Shown in pieces: positions 1 through 9,813 of a DNA stretch of 64,000 nucleotides (its first letter is position 1; each line of letters begins with the position of its first letter). Under the pieces are notes generated by a model. It saw only the letters and a program-made list of their open reading frames with translations. It ran no database searches and was not told where the DNA came from. The position numbers and the translations under genes were made by a program. This DNA is from Candidatus Poribacteria bacterium (lineage in GTDB: Bacteria > Poribacteria > WGA-4E > WGA-3G): contig OZ242029.1 of NCBI GenBank assembly GCA_965205015.1, positions 672,001-736,000 of the forward strand, in the 5' to 3' direction.

Positions 1-162
1 ATCTACACCGCTTACAATCACCTCAGTGCCGGTTTCAGAAGGTTCTAACGTAACGGTACTATAGAGTTGGAGAGCAAGCCCTAACACGTCGAATCCGGGT
101 CCCAGATTCGTCGTGCTTGCCGGAATCCGCGCGGTAACTTTTCGGTTAAAAGTAGGAGGCAT
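1..162 (-). CDS. thrB: Homoserine kinase, N-terminal part (runs off window edge)
   Basis: Manual translation MPPTFNRKVTARIPASTTNLGPGFDVLGLALQLY; PASxxNLGPGFD is the ThrB signature; not in ORF track. Confidence 0.93.
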   Translation of the reverse strand, partial: MPPTFNRKVTARIPASTTNLGPGFDVLGLALQLYSTVTLEPSETGTEVIVSGVD

Positions 163-272
163 TTTTAATTATACCTTGCGGAGGAACACCGGACGTTTCG
201 AGTTTGACGTGCGTTCCTCATATCCGCCTGCGTGTTTTTGCTTGGGTATTTCTGCGTATTGTTGCAGGCTAC
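163..272 (-). repeat. Structured leader-type repeat (family L) ending at thrB start
   Basis: Minus strand GTAGCCTG...GGCGGATA..hairpin..TCCGCAAGGTATAATTAAAA-ATG; related copies at 5342, 9772, 37044, 50408, 55252. Confidence 0.7.
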
Positions 273-353
273 GGTTTTTCAGTCTACAGTTTTCAGTGCG
301 CTACGCTTTCAGTTTTGGGTTAACTGAAATCTCTTGTAACTGATAACTATTCG

Positions 354-1526
354 CTACAACTTTGAGATCGCAGTTTCCATTCTGCCCAACGCCTCTTGTA
401 TATTATCTAATGAGTTGGCATACGAAAGACGAAGGTAACCATCACCATATTTGCCGAAAGAGGTACCAGGCAATAGGGCAACATCTGCTGCCTCCATGAG
501 ATAATCGGCGAGTGCTTCACATGAAAGAGGCAGTTGCGTAACGTTGGGAAACACATAGAAGGCACCGAGCGGTTTGATACAACTGATCCCTTCAATGGCA
601 TTCAGTCCATCTACAATTGCGTCACGTCGTTTCTGAAATTCTGAAACCATCTGAGTAACAGAGGCTTGCTGTCCTGTCAGCGCCTCCATCCCCGCGAGTT
701 GTGTGAAGGTGGCAGTACAGGAATTGGAATTAATAGTTAACTGCGTGATTTTATCAGCGATTGCTTGAGGTGCAATACCGTACCCCAATCGCCATCCTGT
801 CATTGCGTAAGTTTTAGAATGCCCTTCGATTAGAATTGTACGTTCCTTCATGCCGGGCAGACTGAGAACACTGTGGTGTTCACCTTCATAGAGAATGCGT
901 GAATAGACCTCGTCTGTCAACACATAAAAATTATGTTTCTGCGCGAGTTCCGCGATTGCTTGAAGGTCTCCAAGGGTTAGCGTGCCACCTGTAGGATTTT
1001 GAGGTGAGTTGAGAATCAGTAGTTTCGTTCGATCAGAGATCGCAGCTTCAAGATCGTCAAGCCGGAATCGGAAATCTACCTCCTCACGAAGGGGTAGCGG
1101 TACCGCTTTTCCGCCGATGAAGTCGATAACAGATTCGTAGACGGGAAAACCCGGTTCGGGATAGATGACCTCATCATCATCATCGATTAACGCTAAAATA
1201 GTGAAGAAAATAATGGGTTTCGCTCCCGGTGTCACCGTAACTTCGTCAGGGTGTATGGTAACCCCACGCGTTTCGGTTATATGGTGTGCGACAACCTCAC
1301 GAAACTCCGGCACCCCAGCAGATGGGCAGTAGCCAGTATGCCCATCCTTCATTGCTTTGTACGCTGCCTCAATAATATTAATCGGTGTTGGAAAATCTGG
1401 CTGTCCTATTTCCAGATGGATAATGTCTTTGCCTTGCGCCTCTAACTGTTTGGCTTTAGCTAAGACTTCAAATGCAGATTCCGTTCCTAATCGACTCATC
1501 CGCGTTGCGAATGTGGATACTTCCAA
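354..1526 (-). CDS. PLP-dependent class I/II aminotransferase (aspartate aminotransferase-like)
   Basis: EIGQPDF, NSPQNPTG, DEVY, SKTYAMTGWRLG motifs. Confidence 0.93.
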   Translation of the reverse strand: MEVSTFATRMSRLGTESAFEVLAKAKQLEAQGKDIIHLEIGQPDFPTPINIIEAAYKAMKDGHTGYCPSAGVPEFREVVAHHITETRGVTIHPDEVTVTPGAKPIIFFTILALIDDDDEVIYPEPGFPVYESVIDFIGGKAVPLPLREEVDFRFRLDDLEAAISDRTKLLILNSPQNPTGGTLTLGDLQAIAELAQKHNFYVLTDEVYSRILYEGEHHSVLSLPGMKERTILIEGHSKTYAMTGWRLGYGIAPQAIADKITQLTINSNSCTATFTQLAGMEALTGQQASVTQMVSEFQKRRDAIVDGLNAIEGISCIKPLGAFYVFPNVTQLPLSCEALADYLMEAADVALLPGTSFGKYGDGYLRLSYANSLDNIQEALGRMETAISKL

Positions 1527-1544
1527 AATTATACCTCCGCGTAT

Positions 1545-1659
1545 TGGCTATCGGCTGCCGGCTATCGGAACCATCGGAGACCACCGGTAAAGAGGTTTTC
1601 GTTTAACAATACCCTCTTACCGACTGCTGATGGCTGATAGCCATTCTTGCTGACGGCTA
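1545..1659. repeat. Heptamer-arm imperfect palindrome (family H)
   Basis: Arms of ctatcgg-like and ctgatgg/ctgacgg units around aagagg..cctctt; similar at ~275-350, 2702-2770, 6155-6273, 51972-52074, 56751-56910. Confidence 0.65.
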
Positions 1660-2700
1660 TTCTGCTTGCATGATCGCTCCGGTGGAACTCGCTACCCACA
1701 CGTTTTTTCCGTCAAGCACAAAAACTTTGACTAATTTTTCCTTGGAACCTTCAAGTTCCCAGGTTGCGCCACCATCACTGGTACGTAGGATGGCACCAAC
1801 GCCAAAGTCACCCCCAACAGCCCAACCGTTCTTCTCATCTGCGAACCCAACACTTCGTAGTGTCTCCTCTGTGCCACTGTCTTGGGGTTTCCATGATTCG
1901 CCGCCATCAGTGGTATGAAGAATTACACCATTTTCACCAACAGCCCAGCCCATTGACGCATCAAGGAAAAAGATATCTTCAAGGATATCCTCTCTGTTGG
2001 TCGCCTGCGTGACCCACGTCTGTGCGCCGTCCGTTGTTTTCTGAATCAAGGCATGTTGACCTTGCGTACTCGGACTCACGCGGACTCCGGCAACCCATCC
2101 CGTCTGTTCGTCAAGAAATTGAATGGCGTTGTACATATTTGCGTCATCATCGCCAACCGCACCGAGTTGTCCACCTTGAAGAACCTTCCATGAACGCCCA
2201 GCATTTTTGGTAGAAAGGATGGTGTCACTTTCTCCTACTGCGTACCCGACCTCTTTATTGACAAAATAGATACCTTTAAGTCCGTTGCCAACCTTGCTGG
2301 TTTGCATTTCCCAGTCTCTACCGTTATCCGTACCGACTATCGTACCGTTTGCGCCGACAGCCCAACCGTGTTTATCATCGAGGAAGTACACTTCTGCTAA
2401 ATCGGCAGGGATTTTGATTTCCGATTTTTGCCACGATTTACCACCATCCATGGTATATCCGATGAAACCTGGATTCTCAAAGTCTTCAAAGGATGCGGCA
2501 CCGACTACCCAACCAGTACTCTTGCCCGTAAAAGCGATTGACATATAATCTCGAACTTCTGGATCGCGTTCCTGTAAAACGTTCCAATTTCCTAACGCCG
2601 GTAGAACGGTCCCCAAAATACTGAGGGTCGCGAGTAGCATTATTCCCGTCAGTAGGCGTGACTCAAGCCTGTTCATTGTTATCGTATCTCCTTTTTTCAT
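1657..2700 (-). CDS. YCF48-like / BNR-repeat beta-propeller, secreted
   Basis: Repeated TxDGGxSW and GWAVG motifs; hydrophobic N-terminal signal. Confidence 0.85.
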   Translation of the reverse strand: MKKGDTITMNRLESRLLTGIMLLATLSILGTVLPALGNWNVLQERDPEVRDYMSIAFTGKSTGWVVGAASFEDFENPGFIGYTMDGGKSWQKSEIKIPADLAEVYFLDDKHGWAVGANGTIVGTDNGRDWEMQTSKVGNGLKGIYFVNKEVGYAVGESDTILSTKNAGRSWKVLQGGQLGAVGDDDANMYNAIQFLDEQTGWVAGVRVSPSTQGQHALIQKTTDGAQTWVTQATNREDILEDIFFLDASMGWAVGENGVILHTTDGGESWKPQDSGTEETLRSVGFADEKNGWAVGGDFGVGAILRTSDGGATWELEGSKEKLVKVFVLDGKNVWVASSTGAIMQAE

Positions 2701-2913
2701 TGGTTTTCAGTTTTCAGTTAAGAGACTTTTGTTTAGCAAAACTTTCTTGTAACTGTTAACTGATAACTATTTAACCCCGAATTAAAAATTAAGTCAATAA
2801 ATTTCTCCCAAGCACCCAAGCGACAGGAACGTTGAAAGCAATACGGATTCTACCCAGCAAAAATTAAAACGCCATATCTTTGCGAGGATGCGTTTTAATG
2901 CTATGTAGATCCC

Positions 2914-4302
2914 CTACTTTGCCACAATTAAAGTCCCAGTCTTAAAACTCTCTCCCACTTGAAGTTGGTAGACGTAAATGCCGCTTTCCACGATTTCACC
3001 GGATTCGTCGTGTCCATCCCAAATCAACTCCGTTTCACCCGGTAATGCCGTCAAAGTCTTAACGAGCATTCCGTCAATGTCAAAGATCAACACCGTGAAT
3101 TCACCCGATGTTTCTTCAAGGGCGCGCGCGGGAAAGACAACCCGATTGAAATCCTCGTCTGGAGAAAGCGGTGTAAAAGGATTCGGATAGGGTTTGTCAA
3201 AAATACGAAGCCTTTTTTCTGCAGGGATGGATTCGTTATTTGCCTCGTCAATGGCGATGACAGCATACGTAAAGCTGCCTATAGGTAGTGAGCGGTCATC
3301 AATAAATTTATATTCTGTTTTTAACTCATTGATTTCTGCAAGCGTAGTAAGTCCCTCCGCAATTCGGTAGGCGATTACATCACGACTGACGCTCGGTTTC
3401 CACAAAATTTCGACACCATCGCTTGATGGAGTGATGCTAAGCATTGTCGGTGGCTCTGGGGCAGCAGTATCCGGTGATACATTTACCGTTTGTATCGATG
3501 AGCGTTCCGACTGCAAGTAAAGCGTTTTGTAAGCGGTAATCTGATAGGTATGGTTTCCTGGAGGAACGTTTATATCGCGAAACGTCGTCGACGAACGGTT
3601 TTCGACCTGAATCGTAGAATCGTCCTTGTCTCTGTAGATGAGATAACCGTTGACATCTGAATCCGTTGATTTCTGCCAACGGAGGGTTACATCGTTTTCT
3701 CCAGTTTCATCGGCTTCAGCAGTGAAACCAGTCACCGGGTCAGGCGGCACATTCGGAATAACCTGTAAAGTAAAATCGTCGTTGTTGAGTTTTCCGTCTG
3801 CCTGCCCTGGTCGGATGAATTCACCGATGGGACCGTCTTGAAGATTGCGAAGACGGGCTCTGAAAACCGCCTCTGGAATCAGTGTATTCGGTGTCTGACA
3901 CTCAAAGGTAATTTCATAGAGCGAGTTCTGAAAATCAACGATAGCATCCGCGAGTTCAACGCGCAGAACACTTCCACCTGAGACGACAGCCCTTGCGACG
4001 ATTTGGTTGCCATCCCGTGAAATACCCCTGAAAAAAGAGGATTGGGTCAGAAATCCCCGTGGCATCGTGATTTCAATCGTTTTAATTTCTTCACCCGGCT
4101 CCGCCAGGGACCGGTCAATTACAAGCGTCACGAGCAATGGCACGGTTGAACTCGCAGGAACGACGCCTTCTTTTTGTCCTACGACGTTAATCTCTCCAAC
4201 AGAGGTAACCGCTCCATAACCCTTAGCGGAAACCAAGAGCAGACTCCCGATAAATATTAAAACAATGGATGTGTTTTTCATTTTTGACCAGTGATTTTCC
4301 AT
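2914..4302 (-). CDS. Secreted fibronectin type III protein with C-terminal FlgD-Ig-like domain
   Basis: Signal peptide; two FN3-like segments (W..S...V.GY.IYR); C-terminus PYPNPFTP...WDG.D..G..V.SGIY.Y. Confidence 0.75.
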   Translation of the reverse strand: MENHWSKMKNTSIVLIFIGSLLLVSAKGYGAVTSVGEINVVGQKEGVVPASSTVPLLVTLVIDRSLAEPGEEIKTIEITMPRGFLTQSSFFRGISRDGNQIVARAVVSGGSVLRVELADAIVDFQNSLYEITFECQTPNTLIPEAVFRARLRNLQDGPIGEFIRPGQADGKLNNDDFTLQVIPNVPPDPVTGFTAEADETGENDVTLRWQKSTDSDVNGYLIYRDKDDSTIQVENRSSTTFRDINVPPGNHTYQITAYKTLYLQSERSSIQTVNVSPDTAAPEPPTMLSITPSSDGVEILWKPSVSRDVIAYRIAEGLTTLAEINELKTEYKFIDDRSLPIGSFTYAVIAIDEANNESIPAEKRLRIFDKPYPNPFTPLSPDEDFNRVVFPARALEETSGEFTVLIFDIDGMLVKTLTALPGETELIWDGHDESGEIVESGIYVYQLQVGESFKTGTLIVAK

Positions 4303-4393
4303 GATGAAATTTTTGCCTTCTTATATCGGATAGCAGGGCAATCCTGCAATCAGGTAAATCACAGTTCAGACCTCTGCCGACTGCCGATAATGC

Positions 4394-5341
4394 TTAAAGC
4401 AAAAGATTAAGAGAGAACCGTTGTGTTGTATTGTCTCGGAAATCCCCACTTAGCAGTTGAAACCCATAATCGATCTGGAGGGCAGTACCACTGATTGGAA
4501 GTTTAGCACTTCCACCGAAACTCAGAGTCGTTGCCGAACTGCTCCCACTTTTCACACCATAACCGCCGCGAACAGCAATGGATTTATTCAACCAGACTTC
4601 CATTCCTGTGCGTATATAAATTTCGCCATTGCGAGAAGCAACTTCAAAACTCCCGAGACTGCCTCTCAACAAGTTGCTGACTGCCGCACCTTGCGCGCTT
4701 ATCTCCGCGATAGACGCGAGTCTGTACGCCAAACCAGCCCGAATGTTTAACGGCACAGGATCTGTTTGGGTGTCAGATATACTCATATTTGCGGGGAGCA
4801 GATTCTCTACCGATGCGCCAAGACTCAAACTCTGGACAGGTTTGGCAATGACGCCGAGATCAAAAGAAACGGCTGAACTGGAGGTTTTGACGAAATATGG
4901 ATTCTCTGCGACGAATTCGTTTGTCGCGTCAAAAGAGGTCCGGAAGAGTTTCAGATTTGCTCCAATTGCGAATTGCTCGAAAAGCGCATTTCCGTAGGAG
5001 AGACGCACCGTCTGTTCATGATAAACTTCAGAGTCTTCCGCCAAGTCCCCGACACCCGCCCCAATCGCCCCCATTCTTCCGAGCGGAATAACGCCACTGA
5101 GGGCATTATAGGTAATGAGCCCCCTAAAGCGTTGTGCGTGCGTAGCACCGAGATGGATCCCATCCATATAACCTAATCCTGCGGCATTGTAATCTGCGGC
5201 GTTGTTATCATCGGCGAGCGCGACGAACGCTCCACCCAAACCTAACGGCCGCGCGCCAACCCCAATATTATTGAATGTAGCAGCGGCGACAGCAGGTAAA
5301 AGCAACACGATGAGTAGAATCAGACAGAATATATGTTTCAA
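4394..5341 (-). CDS. PorV/FadL-like outer-membrane beta-barrel protein
   Basis: GVGARPLGLGGAFVALADD...YNAAGL N-terminal motif, amphipathic strands, terminal RFSLNLLL strand. Confidence 0.75.
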   Translation of the reverse strand: MKHIFCLILLIVLLLPAVAAATFNNIGVGARPLGLGGAFVALADDNNAADYNAAGLGYMDGIHLGATHAQRFRGLITYNALSGVIPLGRMGAIGAGVGDLAEDSEVYHEQTVRLSYGNALFEQFAIGANLKLFRTSFDATNEFVAENPYFVKTSSSAVSFDLGVIAKPVQSLSLGASVENLLPANMSISDTQTDPVPLNIRAGLAYRLASIAEISAQGAAVSNLLRGSLGSFEVASRNGEIYIRTGMEVWLNKSIAVRGGYGVKSGSSSATTLSFGGSAKLPISGTALQIDYGFQLLSGDFRDNTTQRFSLNLLL

Positions 5342-5430
5342 TTTTCTAATTTTCCTTGCGGATAAGTTATAGCGTTTGTGAATTTAACGGCTTTCGTGTT
5401 CGAGTCGCACTCCATTTCATTAGGTGCTGC
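5342..5430 (-). repeat. Family L leader repeat
   Basis: GCAGCACCTAATGAAATGGAGTGCG...TCCGCAAGGAAAATTAGAAAA-TTG. Confidence 0.65.
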
Positions 5431-5486
5431 TGAATGCTGATCGCTGATAACCGATGCCTCCGAAAACCGATATCTTGATAACAGAT

Positions 5487-6149
5487 TTAATTCAATCTAC
5501 CCGTCATCGGTACAAAACGGACAGGGATAATCTCAGTGGTTTCGAGAGATTGTACGGAATTCTCATCGGTTTGAAGTCCTTTTCGAATTAAAAGGAGATT
5601 TTGTTCAGAACCACCGACGGGGATCACCATCCTACCGCCTGGTTTGAGCTGCTGAATGAGCCATTCTGGCACGTTCGGAGGCGCTGCCGCGACAAGCACA
5701 GCATCATAAGGGGCGTGTTCTTGCCAACCATAATACCCATCCCCTTTTTTCAGATAAATGTTCCGATAGTTGAGTGCCTCTAACCGCGCTTTCGCACTTT
5801 CGAGAAGTCCGGATATAATTTCAACAGAATAAACATCTCTCGCCAATTCTGCCAGTACCGCTGTTTGATAGCCACACCCCGTTCCGATCTCAAGTACTTT
5901 TGAAGTTGAGGTGAGCTCGAGCAAATCCGTCATCAACGCGACGATATAGGGTTGCGAGATCGTTTGGTCACAATCAATCGGTAACGCCCCATCCTGATAT
6001 GCGACATTCAGATACTGCGGTTTTACAAACAGGTGCCGCTCCACCTTCCGCATAACAGCAAGCACTTGCGGATTGTGGATACCACGCGCTTCAATCTGAT
6101 TCCGAACCATTTTGCGACGGAGTGCCGCGTAGTTCTTGGCGAAAAGCAT
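5487..6149 (-). CDS. pcm: Protein-L-isoaspartate O-methyltransferase
   Basis: QTISQPYIVA, VLEIGTGCGYQTA, APYDA, QLKPGGRMVIPVG motifs. Confidence 0.96.
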   Translation of the reverse strand: MLFAKNYAALRRKMVRNQIEARGIHNPQVLAVMRKVERHLFVKPQYLNVAYQDGALPIDCDQTISQPYIVALMTDLLELTSTSKVLEIGTGCGYQTAVLAELARDVYSVEIISGLLESAKARLEALNYRNIYLKKGDGYYGWQEHAPYDAVLVAAAPPNVPEWLIQQLKPGGRMVIPVGGSEQNLLLIRKGLQTDENSVQSLETTEIIPVRFVPMTGRLN

Positions 6150-6206
6150 CTTTTTAGTAGCGGTCAGTCGTCAGTACGGATTTTTTCAAAAATCCTTTCA
6201 GTTTTC

Positions 6207-6233
6207 GTAAGGGTTGGGTTACCCAACCCTTAC
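6207..6233. repeat. REP-like perfect palindrome
   Basis: GTAAGGGTTGGGT-T-ACCCAACCCTTAC. Confidence 0.75.
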
Positions 6234-6270
6234 AGAGATGTTCGTTTAACTGATAACTGATAACTGACAA

Positions 6271-8763
6271 CTATTCCACACTTATATGATAAGGCATGAG
6301 AAGAAATAATCGATGTTTCCTGATTGTATTTAGGAGCCTCGCGGTAGTACTCAAGCCCCCGTACTGTGTAATAAATTGCAGCCGAGACTTAGTTTCCACA
6401 TCTCTATCCTCTATGCTCAGGTTTCCTATAGACGAAACCTGTGGGGCAATGTTCCTAAAGGAATTGGGGGTTACAAACCCTTTCCACGAGACTAATGGAA
6501 GTCCGAGATTGTTGAGGAGTTGCGCCATCCATGTCTTTTTCGGAAATTCGACGATCTCAACTGATTCTCCTGCCAATCCTGCGTGCGCTCGCGCGGTTGC
6601 GATTGCGAGGCTTAAACCGCCCAATTCGTCCACAAGTCCGTTTTCCTTCGCCTGTCTGCCTGACCAGATGCGTCCTCGCCCAAGTCTATCTACATCCTCG
6701 ACTGTGAGTTCGGCTCGCCCGAGCGCAACTTTTTCAATGAAATCGTCATAAATTTCTTTAATCTGTTTCTGTACGATTGCTTTTTCAGCAAGCGAATAGT
6801 CTCCGTAATCGGTGTAAAAATCAGCGTGCTCGCCCCGTTTGAGGATCTCTTTATGGATACCGAGTTTCTCATAAAGCCCCTTGAAGCTATACTTACCCCC
6901 AACAACGCCGATAGACCCCGTAATCGTTCCGGGTTCAGCAACGATCACATCCGCGGGAGCCGCGATATAATAGCCACCGGATGCCGCCACATCTCCCATT
7001 GAGACCACGAACGGTTTAACCTCTTTAAGTTTTACCAACTCACGCCATATAGCGTCAGCAGCAACAACGAGCCCACCACCGCTGTCAATTCGCAACACAA
7101 CTGCTTTTATGGAATCGTCGTCTTTTACCCGTTTGATAATACCCGTGATTGTGTCCGCTCCCATCACCTGAGTGCCCATTAGCGGATCAACGAAACTATC
7201 GCCTGTCAACATCAATCCTTCAGCCTTAATGATGGCGACCTTCGGTTTTGGCACCTGCCACTCTTGTAAGGAGAGTCCATTTCTTAGGTATCCACTCAGT
7301 GGTACCAAATCGGTTTTGGCATCAGTGAGTTCAGTCACAACATCATGCAATTCATCTTCATAGACGAGTCTGTCCACCAGTTCAACGGCAAAGGCTTGAC
7401 GTGCTGTGTAAGGTCCGGCATCGATACGTTCTTTGACGTCTTCGTGCGTCCACCCACGTCCGTCTGCGATTGCCGCGACGAGCTGCGCATAGAGGTCATC
7501 CAAAATGATGTTTTGGATTTTTCGGTGTGCTTCGGACATCTCGCGCCGGGTGAACGCCTCGGATGCGGATTTGTATTCACCGAGATGCTCAAGATCCGCC
7601 CGAATACCGAGCATGTCTAAGGCACCTTTGTAGAAGGAGTGCTCTGTGCGTATCCCAATTAATCGGACCTCAGCAGACGGATGGATCAGGATACCGTCAC
7701 ACGCAGACGCGACAATATAGTCGCCAGTAGAACAATTAGAGAGATAGCAGAGAACAACACGTCCCGATTCCCTAAAATCCAAGATAGCATCTGCCATCTC
7801 TTGAAGCTGAGCGATACCGTACCCGCTCCCATCAATGCGGACAAGAACCCCAGCGACATCGTCATCCCATTTTGCGATAGGTAGGACCCGTTTGACGGCG
7901 CGCATCGGTAGGTCAAGGAATGTCCTACGGCGTGGCAGCGGTTTGGTTTTCGGCGCGTTGGAAAAATGAAAATAGCCGACCCCCGACCATGCTTCTCGAT
8001 TATTGTCAAAGGCATTGCCCGTTCCAAATCCCCAATTTCCGATATTTACACCGAAACGGACATCAAAACTCAAGTCGTTATTTACGGCACCACGGAGCAT
8101 GAATTCGCGAATAGGGCGGACCTCCAGCGCATAACGGAGTTCTACACCCTCAATTCCTTGCGTTTTCCGCATGTCAATTGAGAGGGTTGCGCGCCACGTC
8201 CCCGGCCGGAGTGCCATCCCTAAATCATAAGTACGTCCGAGTTTTTCTGCAAGCAATTTAGGACGATTGAGATCGCGTGCCGTTGCCCCAATTGAGAAAT
8301 AACGCCGCCGATACATTAAACCCATGGAGAGTGAACGGAACCTGTCGTATCCCTTATCGTCCGAATTCATCCAACTATAACTTGTTCCCCAATAGAGGGC
8401 ACTTCCGAGGTGGTACCCACCCGAAAACGTATAGCGCGTGAAGTCGGTATCGGCATCGGCGGTACCGAATTCTATACCGAAACCTGCGCCAGGGATAGCA
8501 AGGAAGAAAGCATCATCGCCTGCCCAATCGCTTTGATATGTTCGGAGGTAGTATAAATTCAGCCCGCGTCCCGCAGCAAGTCCGGATGGATTAAAGAAGG
8601 TGGCGAGGGCATCATCGCTCATAGCAATGGAACTTGCAGGCAAATGGGTCCGCGCCTTTGGCGGCGCGGCAACACAAAATGTGCTTATCCCACAAATGAA
8701 CACGACGGAGATAACATTCCTACCAATGCGCCCTAAATGCTCACTCAATAAAGATGAAACCAT
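6271..8763 (-). CDS. sppA: Signal peptide peptidase SppA (two S49 domains) with N-terminal beta-barrel-like extension
   Basis: GEYKSA, RIDSGGG, SMGDVAASGGYY, TGSIGV, GRIWSG..A...GLVDELG; N-terminal ~270 aa with DDALATFFNPSGL and amphipathic strands. Confidence 0.9.
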   Translation of the reverse strand: MVSSLLSEHLGRIGRNVISVVFICGISTFCVAAPPKARTHLPASSIAMSDDALATFFNPSGLAAGRGLNLYYLRTYQSDWAGDDAFFLAIPGAGFGIEFGTADADTDFTRYTFSGGYHLGSALYWGTSYSWMNSDDKGYDRFRSLSMGLMYRRRYFSIGATARDLNRPKLLAEKLGRTYDLGMALRPGTWRATLSIDMRKTQGIEGVELRYALEVRPIREFMLRGAVNNDLSFDVRFGVNIGNWGFGTGNAFDNNREAWSGVGYFHFSNAPKTKPLPRRRTFLDLPMRAVKRVLPIAKWDDDVAGVLVRIDGSGYGIAQLQEMADAILDFRESGRVVLCYLSNCSTGDYIVASACDGILIHPSAEVRLIGIRTEHSFYKGALDMLGIRADLEHLGEYKSASEAFTRREMSEAHRKIQNIILDDLYAQLVAAIADGRGWTHEDVKERIDAGPYTARQAFAVELVDRLVYEDELHDVVTELTDAKTDLVPLSGYLRNGLSLQEWQVPKPKVAIIKAEGLMLTGDSFVDPLMGTQVMGADTITGIIKRVKDDDSIKAVVLRIDSGGGLVVAADAIWRELVKLKEVKPFVVSMGDVAASGGYYIAAPADVIVAEPGTITGSIGVVGGKYSFKGLYEKLGIHKEILKRGEHADFYTDYGDYSLAEKAIVQKQIKEIYDDFIEKVALGRAELTVEDVDRLGRGRIWSGRQAKENGLVDELGGLSLAIATARAHAGLAGESVEIVEFPKKTWMAQLLNNLGLPLVSWKGFVTPNSFRNIAPQVSSIGNLSIEDRDVETKSRLQFITQYGGLSTTARLLNTIRKHRLFLLMPYHISVE

Positions 8764-8955
8764 AAATCTGTTTTTTTATTTCATTCCATATCAGGACGGA
8801 TTGTTTCAAAAAAATCCTTTCAGTCTGCCTCACAGTGAGGGTTTTCAAAAAGAGCGAGAGGCCTATGGTATCCTTCTTTTAACTGACGGCTGATGGCTAC
8901 TCCACTACTATAGAATACCACAAAAGCGTCGGGATTGCAATTGAAACACCAAAAC

Positions 8956-9771
8956 CTATAAGCGTCGGGCGTACTGCGGAAACAATTCGTCATGAATGTC
9001 GCTGCATTGCTGAAGATGGATCTGCCGCCCAGCGTCTGCAGTGTCAACCATTGTTGGGAAAAACATCCCCGCGCCCGTTTCAATTTTATATCCGCCTGCT
9101 GAATGGACGCTCAAGTACTGATGAAGCGTTTCTAAATCCGGTTCGGTCGTGCAATGTTGCGTACAATTCATGGTGAACATCCGCCGCCGGGTACCGCCGC
9201 CAAACGCTGCATGATAGGTGTCGTGGTTGAAAATCACGACATCGCCGGGTGTACTTTCCAACGCGACGCTGGTTGGAAAATCACGCGGCTGGATACCGTA
9301 CAATGCCTCTGATTGATTTGGGTCAATCTTTTCAGCTCTGACAAAGTGTGCGGGGTTTTGGCTACCCGGAATGATACGTAAGCACCCGGTATCTTTCGTC
9401 AAGGGATCAAGGTAAAACGCCACCTTACAAGCGAAGAGACGTCCCCAACTTCCATCCGGATGCCAACCGGTGTCGCCAGCGTAATAGTTTCCGTCGCCCC
9501 CAGCGTAGTTGAAGTCTTCACCGATCACACCCCCAATGAGTCCTTTAACCCGTTCATCATCGAGTAAAGTACAGAGTCGAGGGCGATGCTCAATGGGACC
9601 ACCGAACATTGTGCGACGTGTTCCATCATGATCTTTGCCACCCCCAAATTCTTGAATCGATATTTCAAATTCTTCGATAATCCATTCCATCTCGCTTGGC
9701 GAAAACATACCGGGTATTGCGAGATAACCGAAAGTATTGAAAAAATTCACTTGATGTTCTGTCAACTTCAT
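8956..9771 (-). CDS. Phytanoyl-CoA dioxygenase (PhyH) family protein
   Basis: F...GYL start, WHPD, GCLRIIPGSQ, GDVVIF...YH. Confidence 0.88.
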   Translation of the reverse strand: MKLTEHQVNFFNTFGYLAIPGMFSPSEMEWIIEEFEISIQEFGGGKDHDGTRRTMFGGPIEHRPRLCTLLDDERVKGLIGGVIGEDFNYAGGDGNYYAGDTGWHPDGSWGRLFACKVAFYLDPLTKDTGCLRIIPGSQNPAHFVRAEKIDPNQSEALYGIQPRDFPTSVALESTPGDVVIFNHDTYHAAFGGGTRRRMFTMNCTQHCTTEPDLETLHQYLSVHSAGGYKIETGAGMFFPTMVDTADAGRQIHLQQCSDIHDELFPQYARRL

Positions 9772-9813
9772 TTTTTAATTTTCCTCGCGGTTCGGTCAGG
9801 TGCGTTGTTCATA

